Source of the DNA: Carcharhinus longimanus
Lineage: Eukaryota
Direction of reading: 5' to 3'
NCBI GenBank assembly: GCA_030264375.1
Contig: JASCQW010000043.1
Location: forward strand, 88,799,127 to 88,863,126
DNA length: 64,000 nt
The notes below the pieces were generated by a model. The model had not been told where the DNA came from. It searched no databases and worked only from the letters and a program-made list of their open reading frames with translations. This document shows, piece after piece, positions 1 through 10,816 of this stretch; positions within the stretch are counted from its first letter, which is position 1, and each line of letters starts with the position of its first letter. Both the position numbers and the translations under genes were made by a program.

Positions 1-75
1 AAGCTTGTGAGAATATTATCAAATAAATAGGTTGGACTAAAACCTGGTGTTGTCAGACTTTTTACTGTGTTTACG
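1..75. mobile_element. Penelope-derived fold-back element family A, right arm (cut by window edge)
   Basis: AAATAAA..GTTGGACT..ACCTGGTGTTGT.AGACTT.TTACTGTG, shared with the copies below. Confidence 0.6.
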
Positions 76-2270
76 AGGTCCTTAAGGACAGGTGATTAAT
101 ACTCACATTGCAGAGCAGCCAAACCAATACCCCTTAAAGGACCTTCTGCCACCACAAATGTATATTAAAAAAATTAACCTGAATATGGAAGCAGAAGACA
201 CAGGAGTGCTTCTCCAAGCTTCATGTTAAAACTACAGGGTACTGTCAATCTGTGCTTGCCTTGTCCTGATCCCATCACATCTCCCTCCAGACTTCTTTCT
301 CTGGTGCTCACATCCATGACAGCTGATGATTACCTTCTCCTAGCAAACTGATTCTTGAGGTGCAACTGTTGCCTCGCACAAGCCCCTCATGCTTTGGTGA
401 CACAAATGGATCAATATTGTCTGTTTCTCGCCATTTTGGCACAGCAGTTCCTATCAGCTGCTGAAAGCCTGGCATGAACCAATTTCTGGGTAACTATCTG
501 GGCTGGTATGTTGAATGGGCACTGGATGAGGGGCTGATATTATCAATTTAACATTACCCAAGTATAAGTCATTGGTTTTAGGAGAAACTGGAGAAGTAGA
601 TATCAAAATTAAATAATTCATGAATTAACAAATGTAAAATAGTTACGTTCAAAATACATCACTGCTGGAATTTTCCTCTCCAGAGCCAGATCATTGGGTG
701 TGGTTCCTGTTACCAGGTGAGGTGGGATTGCCACTCCAAATTGTTCACTTTTCATCTCATTATATATGTATGAATGAACAGTGCATGGGAGGGTGGATTC
801 ATCTACCCTCCCATTACTTCATCAGGTCATAATTCTGAGTGCTATTTTTANNNNNNNNNNCACACACTCAATCACTCCCTGCCGTCCAGGACATGTTATG
901 ACAAGTGCCAGAATTGCAACCAGCAGAGACAAATCATGTTGCCCAAGTTCAGCGACTAGGCACTGGCGAAATTCCAGCAGGCAATTGGGGATATGGTGGG
1001 GGGAGATTCTTTACCCCCATGATGGGAGTTGGAGATCCATGAACCTTACAATCGTGGCTTGGGGGAAGGACTCCAGGGCAATCAGTCTCTGCAGCCCTCA
1101 GGAGAGGACCGCTACCCGGTGGCTATAAAGGATGAATGATCTCATCTGCTTTGTCAGGGTATATCAACTTTCTCCTCATTCTCAACTGTCAGGGTACAAC
1201 TCCCCATGTCCCCCCATGGCAGGCAAGGGGGGTAGAATTCTGTGGGAGTCCAAAAGTTGGTGTTATGCTGGCATGAATTTCCCACAGAGTCCTCAGATGT
1301 AAATGAAGGCCTGACTGGGTTCTCCCCACAGGCCCCGTTCTCCGTGACACACATGTTGGTTCAGAACATGTNNNNNNNNNNNNNNNNNNNNNNNNNNNNN
1401 NNNNNNNNNNNNNNNNNNNNNNNNNNNNNNNNNNNNNNNNNNNNNNNNNNNNNNNNNNNNNNNNNNNNNNNNNNNNNNNNNNNNNNNNNNNNNNNNNNNN
1501 NNNNNNNNNNNNNNNNNNNNNNNNNNNNNNNNNNNNNNNNNNNNNNNNNNNNNNNNNNNNNNNNNNNNNNNNNNNNNNNNNNNNNNGGAACCCCCCACCC
1601 CCAATGATCGTCCACCCAATAGGCCCCACCCCAATCAGCCCCACCCCTTGGCACTGCCCAATGCCCAGTGGGCAGTGCCAAGGGGGGAATTGCCAGTTTT
1701 CTCCTTGGGCACTGCCCAAGGGCACTCTCTTATCCTGACCTCCTGGGGAACCTCAATGACCTCTGTTTCCTCCAGCCCGTTAGTGGGGAGCAGAAGTAAA
1801 CTCCCGAGGGGTGGGGGGAGCAGGAGACAGTAGCAGCCCAGAGTCTTCAGTCCCAGATCGCTAGTCACATGGAAATGAAGATTTCCTATTGTAATCAGCT
1901 CCGTGCTGATTTCCAGCATGGAGCTGATGACACTGGAAATCTTCAGCTGGGAGACATGCAGAGGCCTGGGCTTCCAGTGGGAAGCCCGTGAAATGAGGTC
2001 CGCTGAAGATTGCCAGCCCACTGCCCTGCTCTAGCAGCACAGCAGGCAAGGAGAATCACCCCCAGTATCCCCAAATTGCAGACAATACAAAGCTGGGTGG
2101 AGGGTAAGCTGTAAGGAGGATGCAGAGATGCTTCAGTGTGATTTGGACAAGCTACGTGAGTGGGCAAATGCATGGCAGATGCAATATAATATGGATAAAT
2201 GTGAGATTATTCACTTTGGTAGCAAAACAGCAAGACAGATTATTATTTGAATGGCTATAAATGAAGAATA

Positions 2271-3590
2271 AAGCTAAGTATACATGGAGAGGTAGTAAAT
2301 TGGATTAGATATTGGCTCAATGGAAGAACACAATAAGAAGTCTCACAACACCAGGTTAAGGTCCAACCAGTTTATTTGATAGTAAACCCACAAGCTTTTG
2401 GAAACGCTGTTCCTTCGTCAGGTGTGTGGAAACTTCTGATTAGACCTTTCTCCACACGTTTCCGAAAGCTTGTGGGTTTACTAACAAATAAACTGGTTGG
2501 ACTTTAACGTATTGTGAGACTTCTTACTGTGTTTATTCCAGTCCAAAGCCGGCATCTCCACATCAATGGACAAAGCCAGCGAGTGGTAGTGGAGGATTGC
2601 TTCTCTGAGTGGAGGCCTGTGACTAGTGGTGTCAGGGATTAGTGTTGGGTCCACTATTGTTTGTCATCTACATCAATGATCTGGAAAAAATGTGGTAAAT
2701 TGGATGAGCAAATTTGCTGATGATACAAAGATTGGAGGTGTAGTGGACAGTGAGGAAGGTTTTCAAAGCTTGCAGAGGGATTTNNNNNNNNNNNNNNNNN
2801 NNNNNNNNNNNNNNNNNNNNNNNNNNNNNNNNNNNNNNNNNNNNNNNNNNNNNNNNNNNNNNNNNNNNNNNNNNNNNNNNNNNNNNNNNNNNNNNNNNNN
2901 NNNNNNNNNNNNNNNNNNNNNNNNNNNNNNNNNNNNNNNNNNNNNNNNNNNNNNNNNNNNNNNNNNNNNNNNNNNNNNNNNNNNNNNNNNNNNNNNNNNN
3001 NNNNNNNNNNNNNNNNNNNNNNNNNNNNNNNNNNNNNNNNNNNNNNNNNNNNNNNNNNNNNNNNNNNNNNNNNNNNNNNNNNNNNNNNNNNNNNNNNNNN
3101 NNNNNNNNNNNNNNNNNNNNNNNNNNNNNNNNNNNNNNNNNNNNNNNNNNNNNNNNNNNNNNNNNNNNNNNNNNNNNNNNNNNNNNNNNNNNNNNNNNNN
3201 NNNNNNNNNNNNNNNNNNNNNNNNNNNNNNNNNNNNNNNNNNNNNNNNNNNNNNNNNNNNNNNNNNNNNNNNNNNNNNNNNNNNNNNNNNNNNNNNNNNN
3301 NNNNNNNNNNNNNNNNNNNNNNNNNNNNNNNNNNNNNNNNNNNNNNNNNNNNNNNNNNNNNNNNNNNNNNNNNNNNNNNNNNNNNNNNNNNNNNNNNNNN
3401 NNNNNNNNNNNNNNNNNNNNNNNNNNNNNNNNNNNNNNNNNNNNNNNNNNNNNNNNNNNNNNNNGGGATGTGGAGGGATATGGTCCAGGTGCAGGTCAGT
3501 GGGACTAGGCAGAAAAATGGTTCGGCACAGCCAAGAAGGGCTAAAAGGCCTGTTTCTGTGATATAATGTTCTATGGTTCTATGGTTCTAA
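2271..3590 (+). mobile_element. Nested CR1 LINE (partly in a gap)
   Basis: SKFADDTKIGGVVDSEEGFQSLQRD RT motif and a (GTTCTATG)n tail at ~3568-3590. Confidence 0.85.
2328..2564. mobile_element. Penelope-derived fold-back element family A
   Basis: Long inverted arms; TCAATGGA repeated at both flanks; degenerate hammerhead motif. Confidence 0.7.
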
Positions 3591-5331
3591 GGAATGTGCA
3601 ATGAGATCTAGGTGTCCTCACACAACAGTCACTGAAGGTAAGCATGTAGATACAGTATGTTGTAAAGAAACCAAATAACATGATGGCCTTCATAGTGAGA
3701 GTATTCAAGTACAGAAGCAGAGATGTCTTGTTATAATTATACAGGGCCTTGGAGAGGCCCTACCTGGAATATTGTGTGCAATTTTGGTCTCTTTACCTGA
3801 GGAAGAATGTTTTTGCCTTAGAAGGAATGCAGCAGAGGTTTACCAGACTGATTCCTAGGTTGGCAGGACTGACATATGAGGAGAGGTTGAGTTGTTCATT
3901 GGCTGGAGGTTAGAAGAATGAAGGAGAATCTCATAGGAACCTATAAAATTCTAACAGGATGACACAGGGTAGATGCAAAAGGATGTTTCCGATGGTGCAG
4001 GTGTCCAGAACCAGGGATCATTGTCTAAGTAAACATTTTAGGATTGAGATATTTTTTCACCCAGGGAGTGCTAAGCCTGTAGCATTCCCTACCACAGAAA
4101 GTAGTTGAGGCCAAAACATTGGATATAGCTCTTGGGACGAAGGGAAAGGATATTGGGGATGGTGGGATCAGGCTGTTGAGTTGGATGATTAGTCATGATC
4201 ATAATGAATGGTGGAACAGGCTCGAAGGGCTGAATATCCTACTTCTGCTCGTATTTCCTATATTTCGATGTTTATATGACTTAGTTCCAAATGAGAGAAT
4301 TCTGCCCACACTCCCAGAAGGCTCTAGGCATTCACTGTGCTATAGTCTATAGGAATCTCACACATTACCAACACCAAGGACATCATGACTAATGCTCTTT
4401 CATACACTTTAACATCTTCATCTCTTGTCACATCCTGTGTAATTCATATCTTCAAACCTTACAAAGGTCCATGCAGCACACACAAAATATAGGCAAGCTT
4501 ATAATCTGCTCTGGCATCCATCCTTCTCACAGTCTGTCCATCTGTCTTCACGCAGGACAAGATCAATCAAAATAACAGGGAGACATCCCAGAGTGAAGGG
4601 GGAATGTGGGAGCTCATGCCATTCACCTTCTTTGAGGAGCAGGAGACAGGGACTGTTCCAGTGCTGAAGGCAAGATATGCATCTCCCATCACCCAGTGAG
4701 GCCCCATCCGCTACTCTTCACCCACCCCTGACACTGTGAGTGCTATTTAATGTAGATGACTATCCAGCCAGTCGCTAATTATCTCTTCTCTCTGTTACAC
4801 TCACCAGCAAGAAAATGAGGAGGCACACCACCAGTCAGCAAATCAGCTCCCAGGTGACCTTGGATGAGGCTCCTGAGGATCCATCAGCTGTAGAGACATC
4901 AGTGCATTCCCCTGCACTCTGCATTAACTCAGAAATACACACACCTTGGTGGGAGCTAGTTTTAGAGAGGCTTTGGGGTCACCATCTGGTCAGCCGGTGG
5001 AGGCAATGACAGCCAGGATCATCAACACTGAGAGGACTGCTGAAGACCAGGCTCCCGCTGACTAATGCCAAGCCTCTGGAACCAGCCTTCAGAGAACTGT
5101 TGAAGCTCCAAAGACAGGCATGGGAACAGCAAGCAAGGCTATCAGCAAATTAGAACAGAGGATGGAGGAGTCTGTCCCCATTCTGTCTGATGCCGTGGTA
5201 ATGACATGCAGTGCATCAAGGTCACCATTGGAATGGTGGCGATTCTCGTATAAACATTGATCCAGCAGTTTGTGCTAGATATACACTCGGACCTGCACAC
5301 CATCGCTATCTCCATGAGTGGGATCCATCAA

Positions 5332-5800
5332 GGCAGCACAGTGGTTAGCTCTGCTGCCTCACAATTCCAGGGCTCNNNNNNNNNNNNNNNNNNNNNNNNN
5401 NNNNNNNNNNNNNNNNNNNNNNNNNNNNNNNNNNNNNNNNNNNNNNNNNNNNNNNNNNNNNNNNNNNNNNNNNNNGTGGCACAGTGGTTAGCTCTGCTGC
5501 CTCACAATTCCAGGGCTCCTGGGTTCAATTCTGGGCTTAGATTATTGTCTGTGTGGACTTTGCACATTCCCCCTGTGTCTGCATGAGTTTCCTCCGGGTG
5601 CTCTGGTTTCTTTGCATATTAAAGATGTGCGGGTTAGGTTGATTGGCCATGCTAAATTGCCCCTTAGTATCCCTGGATGTGAATGTTAGAGGAATTAGCA
5701 GAGGAAATGTGTGGGGTTTTGGGGATAGGTGAGATTGTTCTCAGCACTGATTCAATGGGCCAAATGGCTTCCTTCTGCACTGTAGGGTTTCTATGATTCT
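5332..5800 (+). mobile_element. HE1-type tRNA SINE (spans a gap)
   Basis: GTGGCACAGTGGTTAGC A-box, GGGTTCAATTC B-box, central domain, GATTCT tail. Confidence 0.85.
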
Positions 5801-7045
5801 TCTATGCAAAAGGAGGATGGGTTACCTGACCCACCATGAAAATTAGGAGAGGAAAATTGCAGCCCTTTCTTATTCCAATGGGAAAATACTTTTAGGCCAC
5901 ACTCCAGATTTTCTGGTCCTGACTGCCATGCTGCCCACCAGCAGTGGGTTTGGAAAATCCCACCCATTATATGGAGTATCGCTTCAAAGTAGAGGGTTTG
6001 TGAGCAGAATTTTAAGTTACACTCGGACCAGACCTTCATTGAAAGACAGGGGATTTTTATTGTCATTCAAAATATTGCAGTGAGAAAGAGACAATTAACA
6101 TGCCACAGCACAGACAACTGCTTTATATACAATGCATTTATTTTTCTCAGATTACAATGATGCANNNNNNNNNNNNNNNNNNNNNNNNNNNNNNNNNNNN
6201 NNNNNNNNNNNNNNNNNNNNNNNNNNNNNNNNNNNNNNNNNNNNNNNNNNNNNNNNNNNNNNNNNNNNNNNNNNNNNNNNNNNNNNNNNNNNNNNNNNNN
6301 NNNNNNNNNNNNNNNNNNNNNNNNNNNNNNNNNNNNNNNNNNNNNNNNNNNNNNNNNNNNNNNNNNNNNNNNNNNNNNNNNNNNNNNNNNNNNNNNNNNN
6401 NNNNNNNNNNNNNNNNNNNNNNNNNNNNNNNNNNNNNNNNNNNNNNNNNNNNNNNNNNNNNNNNNNNNNNNNNNNNNNNNNNNNNNNNNNNNNNNNNNNN
6501 NNNNNNNNNNNNNNNNNNNNNNNNNNNNNNNNNNNNNNNNNNNNNNNNNNNNNNNNNNNNNNNNNNNNNNNNNNNNNNNNNNNNNNNNNNNNNNNNNNNN
6601 NNNNNNNNNNNNNNNNNNNNNNNNNNNNNNNNNNNNNNNNNNNNNNNNNNNNNNNNNNNNNNNNNNNNNNNNNNNNNNNNNNNNNNNNNNNNNNNNNNNN
6701 NNNNNNNNNNNNNNNNNNNNNNNNNNNNNNNNNNNNNNNNNNNNNNNNNNNNNNNNNNNNNNNNNNNNNNNNNNNNNNNNNNNNNNNNNNNNNNNNNNNN
6801 NNNNNNNNNNNNNNNNNNNNNNNNNNNNNNNNNNNNNNNNNNNNNNNNNNNNNNNNNNNNNNNNNNNNNNNNNNNNNNNNNNNNNNNNNNNNNNNNNNNN
6901 NNNNNNNNNNNNNNNNNNNNNNNNNNNNNNNNNNNNNNNNNNNNNNNNNNNNNNNNNNNNNNNNNNNNNNNNNNNNNNNNNNNNNNNNNNNNNNNNNNNN
7001 NNNNNNNNNNNNNNNNNNNNNNNNNNNNNNNNNNNNNNNNNNNNN

Positions 7046-7312
7046 GAGTTGAGGAGGAACTTCTTCTCTCAGAGGGTAGTGAATCTTTGGAATTCTCTGC
7101 CCATTGAAGCAGTGGAGGTTACTTCGTTAAATGTGTTTAAGTCACTGGTAGATAGAGATAGAATACTGATCAATAAGGAATTAAGGGTTATGGGGAGCAG
7201 AGCGGTAAGTGGAACTGAACCGCTATCAGATCAGCCATGATCTTATTGAATGGCGGGGCAGGCTTAAGGAGCTAGATGGCCTACTCCTGCTCCTATTTCT
7301 TATATTCTTACG
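7046..7312 (+). mobile_element. CR1 LINE 3' end
   Basis: RRNFFSQRVVNLWNSLP ORF2 C-terminus plus 3' UTR. Confidence 0.85.
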
Positions 7313-7909
7313 TACAACAGTATGCAAAGACCTCTCAGTCAGGGTCTGCTTAATCTTTGGGAGGATAAATTTAACTTTGGGGTAATGTTGTGAAAAGGGT
7401 AATAAGATTGGTTGGCTCTGCCTGTTATATAGCTTCCTTCCCATCGACCTTAGTGAAAGAGAACTACATGTGTGTTGTGTAATGGACAGTCACAGCATTT
7501 TAATCCAGCCCAAAGTTAAAACTAACTCCCATGTTTCTGTGCAAAGCTAAACAAAACAATCAAAGTCAAAACTATTGAACACAAATATGATTTAAAAAAG
7601 CCTAAAGTATGGCCTTTTAAAAATTTTAGATATTTAAAAAAAATCTGACAACAGAACTTTATTAAGGACCCATTCACCGAATGGTATTTTGCAGGTTGGG
7701 GGAACCATTGGTGAAACATGCTGCCGCATGTTCCCCTGGAAAGGCCATCTGATGCTTTAAAAGAGCTCTGAACAGTTACACCCTAAAGCAAAATGAACTA
7801 GGTTTGGCTTCAGTCTATTGAGCAGATTGAGTAGATAGCCCAGCTAACGACATCTAGTCCAATTGCATGATATAATGCAAGCAATCTGCCCCAGCTCCTG
7901 CTCCTAGAC

Positions 7910-9062
7910 CCATAGAATCTCTACAATGCAAAAGGAGGCCATTTAGCCCATCAAGTATGCGCCACTTCTCTTAAAGAACATTTTACCTGGGCCTAAACTC
8001 CACTTCACCCTCATAACCCTGTATATTTACCATGGCTAAACCACCTAACCTACACATCTTGGCACACTAAGGGCCCGATTTTACCTCCACAATGCACTCA
8101 TTTTTGGGGTCAAAAACTTGTAAGGTTGGGCGTGGGACAGGTAGCACGATCCACACCTGCCTCCGCGCCAATCCCCCTTTTACCAAGGCCTGAAAATGGC
8201 CATGATTGGAACTGCATTGGAAATGGGCATGTGCATGCATTTAAGTTGACTTAATGGGCTGTATGCTCAACTTCACTGGCACTTTCCCCTTTACCACCAT
8301 GTTTGCCATCCAGAATCAGTGCAAAACAGACATAAGAACATAAGAACATAAGAAATAGGAGCAGGAGTAGGCCATCTGGCCCTTCGAGCCTGCCCCGCNN
8401 NNNNNNNNNNNNNNNNNNNNNNNNNNNNNNNNNNNNNNNNNNNNNNNNNNNNNNNNNNNNNNNNNNNNNNNNNNNNNNNNNNNNNNNNNNNNNNNNNNNN
8501 NNNNNNNNNNNNNNNNNNNNNNNNNNNNNNNNNNNNNNNNNNNNNNNNNNNNNNNNNNNNNNNNNNNNNNNNNNNNNNNNNNNNNNNNNNNNNNNNNNNN
8601 NNNNNNNNNNNNNNNNNNNNNNNNNNNNNNNNNNNNNNNNNNNNNNNNNNNNNNNNNNNNNNNNNNNNNNNNNNTATTAATGGCGCCGATTGGAGCTGCA
8701 GGGTTTCAGGCAAGTTAAGCCCCACCCAAAGGCTTGTGCAGTGTGATTTGGACTCACTGATATTTTGGCAGGCAGAGTTTGTACAGGGGCGCCTCAGAAT
8801 GGGTCTAAAAGTTGGATCTGAAACACTCCCAGTGTCAAGTCCACCCAGCACTTAGAATCAAAATGGTAAGATAAGGCCCTAAGGGACAATTTAGCATGAC
8901 CAAACCACCTATTCTGCACATCTTTGGACTGTGGGAAGAAACTAGAGTGCCCGGAGGAAATCCATGCAGACACAGGGAGGAAGTACAATCATAGGAGGTC
9001 GGAATTGAACCTGGGTCCCTGGTGCTATGAGGCAACAGTGCTAATCATTGCGCCACCATGAT
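7910..9062 (-). mobile_element. HE1 SINE split by a MITE
   Basis: Tail at 7910-8070 and head at 8880-9062. Confidence 0.8.
8071..8879. mobile_element. Harbinger-type MITE inserted in an HE1 SINE
   Basis: TIRs GGGCCCGATTTTACC / GGTAAGATAAGGCCC; TAA target duplication at 8068-8070 and 8880-8882. Confidence 0.75.
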
Positions 9063-9594
9063 ACCATGCTTCTGCTCCTATTCATTCTCCTAACAGTGTT
9101 TCTGGAATTTCCAAAATATTATTCTCCCTTGGTTTTTGCTCATAGCTACTTCTGCTGCTACATGGACTGTTCTGCAAGGTACCTCAATGGAAAAATATCT
9201 TAATAAAAATAGATGAATAGGGATGGGAAGAATTATATGCGGAGCATAAACACTGCTGTAGACCAGTTGGACCTGTGTTGTAAACTCAGTGTGATTCTAT
9301 GAATAATTGGGAGGAGGAGAGGGTTTGACATGTTGTCACCTACCTCGTGTGACCAAAATGGTTCTCAGCTGTTGGTCAGAATTCAATAAAGGTTTGAGGT
9401 TCCTGAAGGCAGATCCTGTGAGGAATCCAGCGAAATTGTTGGACCCTACAGACAGTGGGTTTCCTCCCCTATTTGCATGGATACAGGCTGAAAGTTATGG
9501 ATTCTCTGCCGCTTGGTCAGAAATAATCTGGTTTCTTCAACTAATGGAGTGGAACTAAAAGAAAACAATTTTAAGACCAACCGTTAGATGCACG

Positions 9595-9912
9595 GGGCAG
9601 CACAATGGCACAGTAGTTTGCACTACTGCCTCACAGTTCCAGGGACTCGGGTTCAATTCTGGCCTCAGGTGACTGTGTGTGTGGAGTTTGCACATTCTCC
9701 CCATCTCTGCATGGGTTTCCTCTGGGTGCTCCGGTTTCCTCCCACAGTCCAAAGATATGCGGGTTAGATTGATTGGCCATGCTAAATTGACCCTAGTGTC
9801 AGGGGATTAGCAGGGTAAATATGTGGGTCACAGGAATAGGGCCTAATTAGGATTGTGATTGATGCAGACTCAATGGGCCAAATGGCCTCCTTCTGCACTA
9901 AAGGGATTCTGT
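9595..9912 (+). mobile_element. HE1 SINE
   Basis: Full-length consensus features. Confidence 0.85.
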
Positions 9913-10515
9913 GCAAATTATTACTAATGAGAATACATGCTTTAGAATTGGAGACAAATTCAGGTATAATTATGGAGATTCAATGCATGCAAGTGAAACG
10001 TAAGTAGGGATCTCTTGTAGAAAGGAGTTTTGGTATGTACATTTTCAGGCAAATTGCTAAGCTGCATTGATATCCTTTGTTTCTTAGCTAAATTACACTG
10101 TCATAATATTTGCATTCCATAATACTTACAATATTAAAGTTGCTTGAAGTAATTCACAGTTAAACTGTTTTCAATGACCAAAATTGATACTATGTACTTT
10201 AAAATTACATGTGAGAACCAAATGTAACTTATTTTATCAGCAGCCTGGGACCCTTGGATAGATACTTGCCTTCAAAATAATTTTCAAGGCCTTTACAGTC
10301 TGGCCCAACAGCTAAATTAGATTTCTCTTTCATGACGACTACTTCAGTTGTGCTTTTTGATATTTCGGCATTAAGATGTGTTTTTGGCCATCGTTTTCAC
10401 ATCTTTGGATCTCAACCTGGAAAGTTCAACTAAATTTAGCAACTGCATTTTCTTTGCTAAGCCTAACTGACCTTCAAATATTGGTAGTATTTTTGGCATT
10501 TTAGAAAATGAGCCC

Positions 10516-10816
10516 TGGGGTGGCACAGTGGCACAGTGCTGCCTTACAGTGCCAGGAAGCCAGGTTCAATTCCAGCCTCAGTTGGAGTTTGCACGTTCTC
10601 ACTGCGTCTGCATGGGATTCCTCCGGGTGCTTCCAGTTTCCTCCCACACTCCAAAGCTGTGCGGGTTAGGTTGATTGAATGTGCTAAATTGCCCCTTAGT
10701 GTCAGGCGGACTAGCAGGCTAAATATATGGGGTTACGGGGATAGGGCATGGGATTGTTGAAGATGTAGGCTCAATGGACCAAATGGCCTGCTTCTGCATT
10801 GTAGAGATTCTATGAT
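10516..10816 (+). mobile_element. HE1 SINE
   Basis: Consensus head, body and tail. Confidence 0.85.

Larger units (their letters stand above)
2075..4280 (+). mobile_element. CR1 (HER1-like) LINE 3' fragment, split by a nested CR1 at 2271-3590
   Basis: RT C-terminal remnants (DNTKLGG.., ..RPYLEYCVQFW) and a CR1 3' UTR. The sequence is continuous across 2270/3591. Confidence 0.8.
665..5967 (+). mobile_element. Degenerate PIF/Harbinger DNA transposon with a Myb/SANT-like gene remnant, interrupted by CR1 and SINE insertions
   Basis: 936-1160 reads PKFSD*..EILYPHDG..AW..RTATRWL*RMNDL and ~4555-4640 reads DKINQNNRETSQSEGG..FTFFEE, matching the Harbinger Myb/trihelix protein pattern. TIR-like ends GGAATTTTCC (~667) and GGAAAATCC (~5952). 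Confidence 0.55.

Noticed and set aside
107-460. Further minus-strand exon candidates near the left edge
   Set aside because: Splice signals are weak or ambiguous and the translations unrecognisable.
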